From Octopus sinensis (lineage: Eukaryota), in NCBI RefSeq assembly GCF_006345805.1, contig NC_043015.1, forward strand, positions 48,050,001-48,114,000: DNA of 64,000 nt. The letters run 5' to 3'. Below the pieces are notes generated by a model, which worked only from the letters and a program-made list of their open reading frames with translations, made no database searches and had not been told where the DNA came from. This document shows, piece by piece, positions 52,401 through 63,592 of the stretch (positions are counted from its first letter, which is position 1; the number at the start of each line of letters is the position of its first letter). The position numbers and the translations under genes are program-made.

Positions 52401-55400
52401 TAAGTAGCTTGCTTACCAACCACATGGCACCGGGTTCAGTCCCATTGTGTCTTCTACAATAGCCCCGGGCTGACCAAAGCCTTGTGAGTGGATTTGGTAG
52501 ACAGAACCTGAAAGAAGCCCGTCATATATATGTATATATATATGTATGTGTGTCTGTGTTTGTCCCCCCCCTCCCGACATCGCTTGACAATCGATGCTGG
52601 TATGTTTGCGTCCCTGTAACTTAGCGTTTCGGCAAAAGAGACTGATAGAATAAGTACTAGGCTTACAAAGAATAAGTCCTGGGGTCGCTTTGCTTGACTA
52701 AAGGCGGTGCTCCAGCATGGCCGCAGTCAAATGACTGAAACAAGTAAAAGAGTAAAATTGGCGCAGCAAAACCTTAGGTGAACCTTATTTAATTATAATT
52801 ATATTATCTTAACCAGTGTAAGGTGGTGAGCTGGCAGAATCGTTAAAATGCTGGACAAAATAATTAGGCGGCATTTTGTCCATCTTTACATTCTGGGTTC
52901 AGATTCTGCCGAGATTGACTTTGCCTTTCATCCTTTCGAGGTTGATCAAATAAGTACTAGTTAAGCACTGGGGTCAATGAAATCAACTAGCCCTCTTCCC
53001 CAAATTTCAAGCCTTGTACCTATTGTGTACCTAGGCGCAGGTGTGGCTGTCTGGTAAGTAGCTTGCTTACCAACCACATGGTTCTGGGTTCAGTCCCACT
53101 GTGTGGCATCTTGGGCAAGTGTCTTCTGCTATAGCCTCGTGAGTGGATTTGGTAGACGGAAACTGAAAGAAGCCTGTCGTATATATGTATGTGTGTCTAT
53201 ATGTTTGTGTGTCTGTGTTTGTCCCCCTAGCATTGCTGGTGTGTTTACATCCCCGTATCTTAGCGGTTCGGCAAAAGAGACCGATAGAATAAGTACTGGG
53301 CTTACAAAGGATAAGTCCCAGGGTCGATTTGCTCGACTAAAGGCGGTGCTCCAGCATGGCCACAGTCAAATGACTGAAACAAGTAAAAAGAGTATTGTAG
53401 AAAGAATTATTATAGCAGTATCTATCATGTAAATAAATGTTTTGTTCTCACTGAACTTCTGCTGTTTCAACTGTTGTTATTATTATTATTATTTTATTTA
53501 TTGACTGTTATTATAGGAGAATAGTAAATGATAGTCTTAGAACTGACGTCTGTCTCATGTACCCACCATATCTTATAGCCCTAGGTAAGTATCCTTTTAT
53601 TTCTGTTGTTTCTCATTACGGCCAATGTCTTAATTTCCATTGTAAGTCTGCTATAAAAGAAATTCCTTGTTGTAACATTCTGTTAGTAATCTTTCTTTAT
53701 TTCATAAATCTGTTTCTTAACTCTTTCGTTACCCTATTTCTGTTCAGATGCTCTGTGTTTCTTTCAATTAATCTTAACCCTTTAGTGTTTAAACCGGCCA
53801 AATCCGGCCCAATATATTCTACATGTTTTATATTCAAACTGGCCATATCTAGCCTCTCACTCCTAACCTACAATGTCATTCTGAAAATAAGCAATCACAT
53901 CATTGAAACCTCAAAGCTATAAGATAATGCATGATTAATTCAAAACAATTTGAGTGAAAAGGTATTACATTTAACAGAGTAATCTGAACACTAAAGGGTT
54001 AAATATAACAAAGAATTTAGTAAAAGAACTTAGTTATCATTCAGCTAGTGCTAGGAACATAAAATGTGACTAAGGTTTGGTGGAAGATTTTAATGCAAAA
54101 CTTATGAAAACAAGACATTTGTATTACAGAGCCAGAGCTGGTTTTGGCCGGGTTGGTAACGAAAGGGTTAAAGGATATTTCTCTCATTCCTATCAACAAA
54201 TATTTGCAAACAAACAAAATTCTACTTTTGTATGTTGGGCATGGCTGTGTGTAGTAAGAAGCTTGCTTCCTAACCACATGGTTTCAGGTTCAGTCCCACT
54301 GTGTGACACCTTCAGCAAGTGTCTTCTACTATAACCTTGGTCTGACCAAAGCCTTGTGAGTGGATTTGATGGACAGAAACTGGAAGAAGCTCGTTGTATA
54401 TATATGTGTGTGTGTATGTACGTTTGTCACTCACTGCCGCTTGACAATGATAACCAGTGTTGGTTTGTTTACATCCCTGTAACTTAGTGGTTTGGCAAAA
54501 GTAACCGATAGACTAACTACCAAGCTTTAAAAAATGAGTACTGCTTCTGGTTCATTTGACTAAAAATTCTCCAAGGCTGTGCCCCAGCATGGCCACAGTC
54601 TAATAACTGAAACATGTAAAAGATAAAAAGAAGGAAATTACTCTCAGAGAGATAGTTTAAAGAATTTCGAATGATTATTGGGAAGGCAGTGAGCTGGCAG
54701 AATCATTAGAACATTGGACAAAATGCTTAGCAGCATTCTTTTACATTTTGAGTTCAAATCCTGCTGGGGTTGACTTTATGTTTTATCCTATCAAGGGGAT
54801 CAATAAAATAAGTAGCAGTTGAGCACTAGGGTTGATGTAATCGACTTGCGCCTGGCAGTCATGGAGTGTGGTCATACTGGACTACCACCAACCTCTACAT
54901 AATTGCTGGACCTCTTAGAAACCTGAAAGTTGTATAGGATAGTTATGGACAGAACACTCTTGATCCTAAGTCTGCTCTTTCAGGTTGAACCTGGTACAAC
55001 AACAACAGTGACTGCGGTGGGACTTGAACTATAATCTTCTGTTCAGGAAGCTAATACCATTTCCATTGTGTGATAATTCCTTTGACCAACAAGAGTTCTC
55101 CATCTGTCTCATTCTTTGGCAACAGATTATAGTTATACCTGGATGTAACCTCTTGCCAGAGCTTCTGCTTCTTTGAACTTTTTCCATGTTGTTTTTGCTC
55201 TGTCTCACTTCCATTTCTCATGGAGTGTTCATCATAGGGGTTTGCCTTGTAATGTTGGAAACCACTTTCCATTAGGTGTGTCCCAGCCAACCCCATTTCG
55301 TCCTCTTGATTTTGGTTTCAGTAGGTTACTGGTTTTATCTGTTCCCATAGGGTTTTGCTTTTGGGTCTGTATTGCCATCTCACTCAAAAGATGTTCTGGA

Positions 55401-58238
55401 GACATCTATTCCAAACACCTTGTTGATGGAGAACAAGGTCTCTGATCACCAGATATCTCTGAACATCCTGAAGGCAACTGTGGCTTTCCCCAATCTTTGT
55501 GACCTGGTCTCTGACAAACGTTTAAGTGGAGTTAATTGTCTTCATGGGTTTCTGAAGGGCTAACTTATGTCTCCTGTGCTGCAATCATTTTAGTTTCAAC
55601 TCACAATCTCAGATCAAAACACTTGCTATGGAAGCACACTTTTGTAATATTCATAATCATTAATGATTTAAAATTTTATGTTTTCCTATTTATGTTTTGA
55701 AATTCTTCTACATTTTGAGACTATGATCCTTTTAATATCTCATTGTTTTTTCAAAGCTTGTTTGCATATAGCATGTGTAATTCAAGACAAAGATGGGCGA
55801 CAGTGGTTTGCAGAACTTTCAGTTGATATGGATAAAGTGAGTACTTTTTGGAAATTATACAAATTTATAAATGTTTAAATCAACACCTTCAGAAATAATT
55901 TCGTTTCCTTTTTTTTTTTTCTTTTTTTTTCTCCCCCTCTCTCATCAGGTTCTTGAAATTACAAAACAAATTTTAGCGTTTTATGAACTGTGGAAAAATT
56001 ATGAAGAAAAAAAGGAAATTATTGCAGTTCTTGTGAAAATGCCAAAACCTAAGACCAGTCCAACCAGGTAAGAGATGTTTTCGATCTCATTTATTTAAAA
56101 AAAATCGTTGATATATTTATTCATATAAATTTTCATATCCTTATAGCTCATGTATATTATTTTCCATACTTCTGTTTTGTATAGAGTACATGTTTATATT
56201 TCTACATGTGGATGTGAACATATCTGGGTACTTGCCTCTTTTACCATATTTCCTAGCATACAAACTGAATTTTTAAGAACAAAATTCACAACCAAAATAT
56301 AGTAGGTCAGCTTATACACCAAGACAGTTTTACAGGGCTAAAAGTTCCATGTGAAATGCAACAAGATTTGTAAAGATAGTAATGATACTTCACTGTTTAT
56401 ATTGTGTACTATGCTGACTTGTATGACAGAAAATATAGTAAATCATTTGTGTCTGCATCTGATTAATTGGTCCTCAATTATATCATTTATTCTGTTGGGT
56501 ATCAAGGAATCGCAAGATCAAGTTTTTCATTTGTATTCTTTAAATCTTTCACTGGTATTTAATCTGGCATATTTCTCACAATAATGTCTTAATCTAATCA
56601 AAATAAACATTTTTATTCTCACTCAATTTTATTCCAGTATAAAATTATTTTCATTTAAGAGTGTAATTTTACAACTACTGAACCCAACTTTTGTTGAATT
56701 TGTAGATTTTGTTCTCATTTTGGTTTATTTTGGTTTATTTCTAAATCATTCTCAGACTTAATTTTGCTTTTTTCATGTGAGTGAAAGCTTTTTTTTTTTA
56801 ATTTAATTTTCTAAAAATTAAGAATTTTTCGTTTTTATTAATTTGAATGGTTTTCATTAAGTCATCCTCAATCTCGCAATAAGTTGTGCATGAAAATTAA
56901 GGAAGATGGCCACACAAAACTCCACAATGCCTTTTCATCGCATCATACCATTTTTCCTTTAAAAAATTGTGGGGACACAATTTAAGAAGACATAAGGCCA
57001 CACTATATCAGGATGATCTGCTGTGATAATAATAATAATAATAATAAAAACATGGACTTGTTATCATTTAGTTTGTTCAGTGCCGAGAAGTATTATTCCT
57101 GTTGATTAGTATTCTAGTTCCATTAACAACTGTTCTAAATACAAGAGGACAAAGAGTTTGATGGAACAAATATCTATAATGGGAGAAAGAAAAGGTAAGA
57201 CAGGTGGCTTTGAATTGATTAGAGACAGTTACTGGAGTGGAGATGATGATGATGATGATAAAAATAGGAGCTAAATTCTGGAGGTGAGGAAGGTGTTGAG
57301 AACTCTTCATCCTGTTGGTATGGAAAGCAAGTGTGATGCTTCATGGCCACTCCTGCACCTATATTTCACTAATATCAGAAATTTAATTTGGTGTCATGTG
57401 TGGAGGCACATGGCCTAGTGGTTAGAGCAGCGGACTCATGGTCGAGGGATCGAAGGTTCGAATCTCAGACTGGGCTATGTGTGTTTATGAGTTAAAACAC
57501 CTAAGCTCCACACGGCTCTGGCAGAAGGTAATGGTGAACTTCTGTCGACTTTTTCCTCTTGCATCTAGCAGCTCACCTGCGACGGACCGGCATCCCATCC
57601 AGGTGGGGAACCTATATGCCAATGAAACCGGGAAACCGATCCTTATGAGCCTGGCATGGTTCAAGAAGGAACAAATAATAAACCAATTTGGTGCCATTGG
57701 CTGGCAGAACTGTTAGCATGGTGGGTAAAATGCTTAGTAGCACTTCGTCTGTCTTTGCGTTCTGGGTTCAATTCTCTCGAGGTCAGCTTTGTCTTTCATT
57801 CTTTCAGGGTTGATAAAATAAGTACCAGTTGCATTTCAAAATTATTAATGCTAAGAAAATCTCTGCTTTTGCTATGTTGAAGAATAAACTCAGATTTTCA
57901 TATTTGATAATAAATCGAAATTCTGGATTGGTGTTCCTTCAATGTTTTTCAGGTTTTCCTTTTTTTTCTTAAATGCTGTTTGAAAGTTAATTTATTTTGT
58001 AAAACTTGAGTGGCTGAAGAAACAGGAGGAGAATAATTGTGCAGTTGGGTGTTATTTAAGATAAAGTTGTGAAAAAATGTTGGGTAAGAGTGAGATATTT
58101 TCTAGAAAAGAGCAACAATTTGTTTATTGATTAAGATCCTTGTTCTTTTTAATCTCTCTCAGGCCTGCATTACAAGGTCCAAATGGGCAGGAAAACAGTC
58201 AGTCCTTGCAGCCATCCCAGCAAACTCGTCAGAGTTAG
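35550..58238 (+). CDS. CCNC: Cyclin C (Mediator CDK8 module cyclin), complete 11-exon CDS: join(35550-35581,37342-37448,41369-41453,42847-42916,46037-46088,46820-46911,49093-49184,53517-53584,55757-55836,55949-56067,58163-58238), 873 nt, 290 aa
   Basis: Manual splicing gives an uninterrupted frame [108 protein letters not shown]...[23 protein letters not shown]...[54 protein letters not shown]...[24 protein letters not shown]...QS*. This is recognisably Cyclin C. All introns are GT-AG with matching phases. Confidence 0.98.
36284..36516 (-). mobile_element. SINE-A full copy in CCNC intron 1
   Basis: 19-bp TSD ctctattattctattaatt at 36265-36283 and 36517-36535. Confidence 0.93.
37342..37448 (+). 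CDS. CCNC: Cyclin C exon 2
   Basis: ttattag|C CAG CAG TGG...AAT T|gtgagt, 107 nt, [35 protein letters not shown]. Confidence 0.97.
38109..38476 (+). mobile_element. Non-autonomous Helitron, second family, in CCNC intron 2
   Basis: A|TCTCTATATATATAAAC start; 15-bp terminal hairpin (38438-38452 with 38462-38476) ending CTGG|T. Confidence 0.8.
41369..41453 (+). CDS. CCNC: Cyclin C exon 3
   Basis: ttttag|TT ATC CAA...GCG AG|gtaagg, 85 nt, [28 protein letters not shown] (cyclin box). Confidence 0.97.
41508..41733. mobile_element. piggyBac-type MITE family P2. Other copies: 53774-54002, 61780-61942 (partial), 49625-50120 (split).
   Basis: TTAA-CCCTTTAG...CTAAAG(A/G)G-TTAA. Confidence 0.82.
41737..42180 (-). 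mobile_element. Tc1/mariner deletion derivative
   Basis: TA|cagggtggg end; minus-strand peptide resembling WT(I/V)[10 protein letters not shown]...SESxxxVQxHF of Tc1/mariner HTH N-termini. Confidence 0.55.
42847..42916 (+). CDS. CCNC: Cyclin C exon 4
   Basis: ttccag|G AAT TCC...GTT GAG|gtgagt, 70 nt, [23 protein letters not shown]. Confidence 0.97.
43106..44280 (+). mobile_element. Near full-length but dead Tc1/mariner element (maT/DD37D-like) in CCNC intron 4
   Basis: TIRs catggtgcagacggtatttgaggacac and ctgtcctcaaatactgtccacaccctg|TA. Frameshifted transposase [14 protein letters not shown]...[18 protein letters not shown]...[13 protein letters not shown]...[15 protein letters not shown], with the third catalytic D read as N. 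Confidence 0.9.
45192..45568 (+). mobile_element. Internal fragment of the same maT-like element without TIRs (duplicate of about 43270-43616)
   Basis: Near-identical sequence, with an extra segment of about 30 bp that the longer copy lacks. Confidence 0.85.
46037..46088 (+). CDS. CCNC: Cyclin C exon 5
   Basis: tattag|GAA TTT GGA...GTT G|gtaagt, 52 nt, [17 protein letters not shown]. Confidence 0.95.
46820..46911 (+). CDS. CCNC: Cyclin C exon 6
   Basis: tttcag|TG AAA ACC...ATG ATG|gtaagt, 92 nt, [30 protein letters not shown]. Confidence 0.96.
47966..49008. mobile_element. Tc2/pogo-like non-autonomous element. A partial copy of its right half is at about 47160-47475; related ends at 44780-44990, 52090-52272 and 56280-56430.
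   Basis: TIR (c)cgtaaaaacccatgtaatt at both ends within TA; 300-bp direct repeat 47159-47472 versus 48676-48980. Confidence 0.7.
49093..49184 (+). CDS. CCNC: Cyclin C exon 7
   Basis: ccctag|GAT TGC TGT...GCA TG|gtaagg, 92 nt, [31 protein letters not shown]. Confidence 0.97.
53517..53584 (+). CDS. CCNC: Cyclin C exon 8
   Basis: ttatag|G AGA ATA...CTA G|gtaagt, 68 nt, [22 protein letters not shown]. Confidence 0.96.
53717..54171. mobile_element. Nested piggyBac MITEs: P2 (53774-54002) inside P1, in CCNC intron 8
   Basis: The empty-site P1 copy at 50319-50546 has a single TTAA where the nested copy shows TTAA-[P2]-TTAA. Confidence 0.92.
55090..55560 (-). mobile_element. Decayed RTE LINE ORF C-terminal region
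   Basis: Frameshifted [15 protein letters not shown]...RCLQNIF...W...LWEQ...KWGWLGHT...ITRQ, the typical RTE post-RT motifs. Confidence 0.7.
55757..55836 (+). CDS. CCNC: Cyclin C exon 9
   Basis: ttttcaaag|CT TGT TTG...GAT AAA|gtgagt, 80 nt, [27 protein letters not shown]. Confidence 0.96.
55949..56067 (+). CDS. CCNC: Cyclin C exon 10
   Basis: catcag|GTT CTT GAA...ACC AG|gtaaga, 119 nt, [40 protein letters not shown]. Confidence 0.96.
58163..58238 (+). CDS. CCNC: Cyclin C exon 11 (terminal coding exon)
   Basis: ctctctcag|G CCT GCA...[30 protein letters not shown] resembles the vertebrate QGPNGSQNS tail. Confidence 0.85.
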
Positions 58239-60171
58239 GCATCAATGTGTTATAATCACCATAGAGGAAAGACAGCTTGACTTAGAGCAAGTCTCAAACT
58301 ACCATGTTTACTACTCTCCCATTAAATGGTCCTCGCTAACTCATTGAAAACTTGTGTGCAACAACTGAGCAACTTGTTCATCATCGTCATGAAGCAGACA
58401 TTTTGTACTCAGTGATGACATGCTGCAGAGAAGTGAGACATTTAGACAGGTTTTTAAGCCTCTAAACGAACTTTCAAACTAACGAAACTAAATGGACTGC
58501 ATTGTATGTTTGACCAAGTGACATTTTATCAGTCAGTGTCAACTCTGCATTGAATCATTTAGGTTTGTCATACCAAAATAAGTTTGCAATTAGAACAAAA
58601 TTCTAGTTTTCATTAAAAAAAAAATTTTTTTTTTTGTTTTATATTTGCTTAAATTGTTAAGCGGTGCCTAAAGTTTGTTTGATCCATTCGAGTTCCACAA
58701 ACAAATATATTATGGAATCTGTAGTTAACTTTTGAAAATTCTAATAGAATTGGAGAAAATATTGTCTCCAAAATTTGACTTTTTTTCTCTAAATTCCAAT
58801 AATCTGAATCCCAATTTTTAAAATTTTCTTTGACAAAATTCCTAAAATTTTAATTTTAATTCAGATGAATTCTTCAGTCTTGTCTTTTTCTTTTAATGAA
58901 ATATTTCAACCCATCACCATAACTTCCTGTTGTGTTTGTTTTTCAGAAATGAAGCAAAAATGCAACAGTAGTAACAGCGAAGATTTTTAATTCCTTCCTG
59001 GGGTCTTTGAGCAGTCTTACTCCTGATGCAGCCATCATTCTCCTTCCTAATGCTGGTTGCTTTATCATTTTATTTATTTATTATTTTTTTTATTTCAAAG
59101 AATTTGTAGAACTTATACAGAATCTTATCGAAAACCAAAGCAGAACCTATTAAATTTTTGAAATGGTTTGACAAAAACAGTTTCTAATTAGCAGATATTG
59201 AGTCATTTAAATGCATCTGAACCCCTTCATTATGGATATTAATTAAAAACTTACTAGATTTGAAGTTCTTTTTACATGTGAAATACAGTAACTGAATTCT
59301 TGAAAAGTTTTTCGTAAATTATGGTTAACTAGGAGCATTTAATGAATATTCTCCTCAAATATAAAAATGCTTTATATTTTCTATAAATGTTGATAAAGCA
59401 TCACCAAAACCACGAGACGGTTTTTATGGTGTCTGAATACCAAAGTGAAATTAAAAATGAGAAACTGCAAAAGAGAATAATCTTCAATAACAAAGATTAT
59501 CTGAAACTGCAACGGATCTGTGGATCTTTGGATATTTTATTTTAACCTCTTCAGTTTTAGGTGTAAAGTTAAAATCAATTTTTACATTTCGTTAATAAGT
59601 TTTGCTTCAGATTTTAAATTGTCGTAAGTCGTTTGTAATTAACAACTGACTCGTTATCTTTGTCCAATGTCAATATTTATCACATCGTCTGAAGATGAGA
59701 TTTTAGTTTCATTTCATCTCAAAAAGGGACCACATTCATTAGTCAATATTTCATAATTTTCTGTATATTCAGGAAAAATAACACCAACACCATTGTAAAT
59801 ATGTTTTTTTCATAAATTCCTATTTTTTCCTATTTTTCTTTCATTGTTGGTAATTTTCTTTGAGGAATAAAGTAATTAATGAAAACTTTCATCTTGTCTA
59901 TTACTGCTTCTTTGCATGTGTGTGTGAGGTCCAGGTACTCAATTAGTTTTCACAAAAACCTCAGTTGTAATTGCTTGACTTCTGTAACCTATTCAAAGGG
60001 GCTAAAAACAAGCAGCTGCAACCGTATTTAGTATGTCTCTTCACAATACAAATCCCTCTGCTTTTAAAAAAAACCCAAGTTTCCTCACCTCCAGAATGGC
60101 ATAATTTTCTTAGCTGTTTTATCAAAAATGGTTTACTCTAACGAGGTTTAATCAAAAGGTATTGGGACTGT

Positions 60172-60396
60172 AAGCTGGCAGAAACGTTAGCACGCCGGGC
60201 GACAATGCTTAGCGGTATTTCGTCTGTCGCTATGTTCTGAGATCAAATTCTGCCGAGGTCGACTTTGCCTTTCATCCTTTCAGGGTCAATAAATTAAGTA
60301 CCAGTTATGCACTGGGATTGATGTAATCGACGTAATCCGTTTGTCTGTCCTTGTTTGTCCCCTCTGTGTTTAGCCCCTTGTGGGTAGTAAAGAAAT
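60172..60396 (+). mobile_element. SINE-A copy
   Basis: 15-bp TSD aggtattgggactgt at 60157-60171 and 60397-60411. Confidence 0.93.
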
Positions 60397-60559
60397 AGGT
60401 ATTGGGACTGTTACTATGGTAACAGAGCTAAAGTAAGCAGTGAAGCCACTTGTTGACCTTGAACAGTCTCATGTACACTCTAAGTGATAAGATTTTTGCT
60501 CACATTTATAGTGCTTGGAAATAGTATGTTTTGTGGTTGTCTCAAAAAGACTGAGTTTC

Positions 60560-60810
60560 AGCTGTGCAGGATCTTGATTGTGTCAAGGAAGATGCAAGCT
60601 TTTTGAAAATGGTCACAACAGGTGACAAATTGAGAGTCTATGGCTATGATGCCAAAATCAAGTCAAATTTCAAATCCCTCTTCAAAGGGACAAGATTTCA
60701 AGACAGTAAATCCAACTGAGTGAGATGAGGCAGTTGCTTTCTGTTTCGAGAAATGCTTCCATCAATGGAAAAGATGCTGGATAAAGTTGGGTGACTTCAG
60801 GAGATTAAAT
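60560..60810 (+). mobile_element. Internally deleted mariner (DD34D-type) fragment
   Basis: KEDASFLKMVTTGDKLRVYGYD (TGDETWxY motif) joined to LFKGTRFQD...CFHQWKRCWIK. Confidence 0.7.
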
Positions 60811-62039
60811 GCCAAATTGATATTGCCATCTGAAAGTTCAAGAGTTAGTGCATGTACTTAGCTTTCTCTGGTTAATCCAGCCCAATGATTAACAGCCAAC
60901 CACTTCTGATCTGGTTCTCTTACCCCTAAACAGAACAGCCTCTCTTTCTCAACAAAGCTCATGGCAACAGCTACTTCCTTCATCAACATCAAGTAGCAGT
61001 GTCCAACACTGCCAGATCACTGGAAACTGGACTAAAGTCATAAGTATTCAAACAGCCAAGTATTACACAGACATATCCTCAAAACTGTTAGAAAGACTCT
61101 TCCTTGATGTCAAATAAACATCCACCATGTGGAGGCACAATTGCCCAGTGGTTAGGCAGCAAACTCGAGGTCGGAGGATTGCGGTTTCGATTCCCAGACC
61201 AGGCATTATGTGTTTGTTGAGCGAAAACGCCTAAAGCTCCACGATTCTCTGGCAGGGGGTGGTGGCGACCCCTGTTGTACTCTTTCACCCCAACTTTCTC
61301 TCACTGTTTCTTGAGTAACGCTGCGATGGACTGGCATCCCATCAAGCTGGGGGGAACACATACACCACAGATACCGGGCCCATGAGCCTGGCTAGGCATG
61401 AAAAGGGCGCATAAATAAATGAAACATCCACCACACTATTCAAGAACCTTACACAGGGTAACAACAACACCCACATGTACATCAACCTCACTGCAATCAG
61501 CAAAGCTTTTGACTTCATTTTACTTTCACTTCTTGGACACAAAACATTCAACATCTTTAAAAAAAAAAGATGACACAAAATGGTGACTAGCAAACTACCT
61601 CTGAGGTGGCCAAACCTATCAGTGTACAATACTGCATAGCTAGACTGTGTGCAGCTCTTCAATTTGTCACCACTGCCCCAGCCAAAATACATATTGCCTA
61701 GAGCAGACCCAAAAGTGGTGCAACTCCCATAAAAGTACCACCTGGGGTGGACTGCCCCCTCTAGCTATGCTAGTGGTGTTCAATAACAATGCAACAGGAT
61801 ATGCAAAATCTTGAATGTAGTACAAGGCTGTTTATTTTTAGAATGACATTGTAGGGTTGGTGTGAGAAGCCAGAACTGGCCAGTTTGAACATAAAACAGA
61901 ATATTTGGGCCAGACATGGCCTGTTTAAATACTAAGGGGTTAAAGATTTCTGTTCTATATTTTAGAGCTGAGGAATTCTGTACAACTTGGAATTGGGGGT
62001 TAGAAGCCTATGCTATTAACCATTACGTTATATGCCCAT

Positions 62040-62500
62040 GGGCATATATATTTCTTTACTACCCACAAGGGGCTAAACATAGAGGGGACAAACAAGGACA
62101 GACAAAGGGATTGAGTCGATTAGATCGACCCAGTGTGAAACTGGTACTTTATTTATCGACCCCGAGAGGATGAAAGGCAAAGTCGACCATGGCGGAATTT
62201 GAACTCAGAACGTAACGGCAGGCGAAATATGGCTACGCATTTTGCCCGGTGTGCTAACGTTTCTGCCAGCTCACCGTGTAATGGTTAAGACCGGAGGCTA
62301 CTAACCTCAAGATTCCAAGTTCAATTCCAGGTAGTGCCTTGAATAAATAATAATGACAACATCAGCAAAAGAATACCTTAGAAATGAGAACCCAGAGTTG
62401 GGTTCAAAATTCTACCAGGACACCTGATGAAGGCTGTATCAGCCGAAACGTTGTGGTAACAACAAACAAGATAAGGACATGAATCCGTCCAATGTAAATG
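62040..62500 (+). mobile_element. tRNA-headed SINE-like element with a 3' hammerhead motif, interrupted by SINE-A (62049-62275, -) and preceded by an inverted head copy (61984-62037)
   Basis: Reconstructed head GGGCATATA|GTGTAATGGTTAAGACC-GGAGG-CTACTAA-CCTC-AAGATTCCAAGTTCAATTCCAGGTAGTGCCT, then an (AAT)n linker, then the hammerhead core at 62424-62452. Confidence 0.75.
62419..62457 (+). ncRNA. Minimal type I hammerhead ribozyme motif (PLE-type, predicted dimeric)
   Basis: GACAC-CUGAUGA-A-GGCUG(uau)CAGCC-GAAA-CGUU-GUGGU: intact core, 5-bp stem II, self-complementary AACGUU stem III, stem I with 1 mismatch. Activity untested. Confidence 0.75.
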
Positions 62501-62746
62501 ATGGAAATAAGGTTAAACATTTACTCTTTAACTTGTTTCAGTCATCTGACTGCGGCCATGCTGGAGCACCGCCTTTTAGTCGAGCAACTCGACCCCGGGA
62601 CTTATTCTTTTGTAAGCCCAGTACTTATTCTATTGGTCTCTTTTGCCGAACCGCTAAGTAACGGGGACATAAAACACACCAACATCGGTTGTCAAGCAAT
62701 GCTAGGGGGACAAACACAGACACACACGCACATATCTATATATATA

Positions 62747-63125
62747 CACTACCGTCAGAAATTAATTAGCACCCTTGATTTGCTCTTCACTCAAGGTATG
62801 TGCTGTCACCTAGTGGCCATATCTCGAACTATTGCTTTGTTGCGAGTTCACTGTTGCGCAGAACGATGACGTAACTTTGTTTGCAGAGCAGTTTGAGAGT
62901 CTACAGCCTTATGATGTTGACATAGCAGTGCAACAACAACTTGGAGTGCGGATGCAGACAAACTTCCTTTGTTTAATAGATATAGGTAGCGCCTCGTAAG
63001 GACCGAAATCACACCATACTAAGTTTTCTCATCGCGTAAGACGTTTTGAACAGCTCATAGGTTAATTGATTTAACCTATTTAATGTAGAAATTTGAGAAG
63101 TGCTAATTAATTTCTGACGCAAGTG
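62747..63125. mobile_element. Tc1-like MITE inserted in the (TA)n tract of a SINE-B copy
   Basis: TA|CACTACCGTCAGAAATTAATTAGCAC ... GTGCTAATTAATTTCTGACGCAAGTG|TA. Confidence 0.88.
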
Positions 63126-63592
63126 TATATATACATATATACGACGGGCTTCTTTCAGTTTCCGTTTACCAAATCCACTCACAAGGCTTTGGTCGGCCCG
63201 AGGCTATAGTAGAAGACACTTGCCCAAGGTGTCAGGAAAAAACAAAAAGAAAACAATGCGAACTAATTAATACATTAAAATAATTTTAATCATTGAATGC
63301 TACTGTCTAAATAGGTGGACATGCATAGATTTATCAATAAACACCTACATTTATCTCACTGTTGCTGCTGCTTTGTACATCGATGTCATTATCGAGGGGG
63401 CAACTACTTATACAGTAACTCCAATTTATGATCCATTTTTATATAACAATCAACCGAAACAATTTTTAATTAATTTAAAACAAGGACAATTAAAAGAATT
63501 AATAGGAAGTGCTTGTTGTCAATTACAAGATTTGTCAGACGCAAAAAAATAGAAATCAAAAGACATTAGAGTAGTATTGCTATTTGTTCGGA

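Noticed and set aside
3058-63000. Dozens of 60-195 aa ORFs in the supplied track (e.g. ...[18 protein letters not shown]..., ...[15 protein letters not shown]..., YIYIYI runs)
   Set aside because: They are recurring reading frames of SINE families and (TA)n/(TG)n microsatellites, not genes
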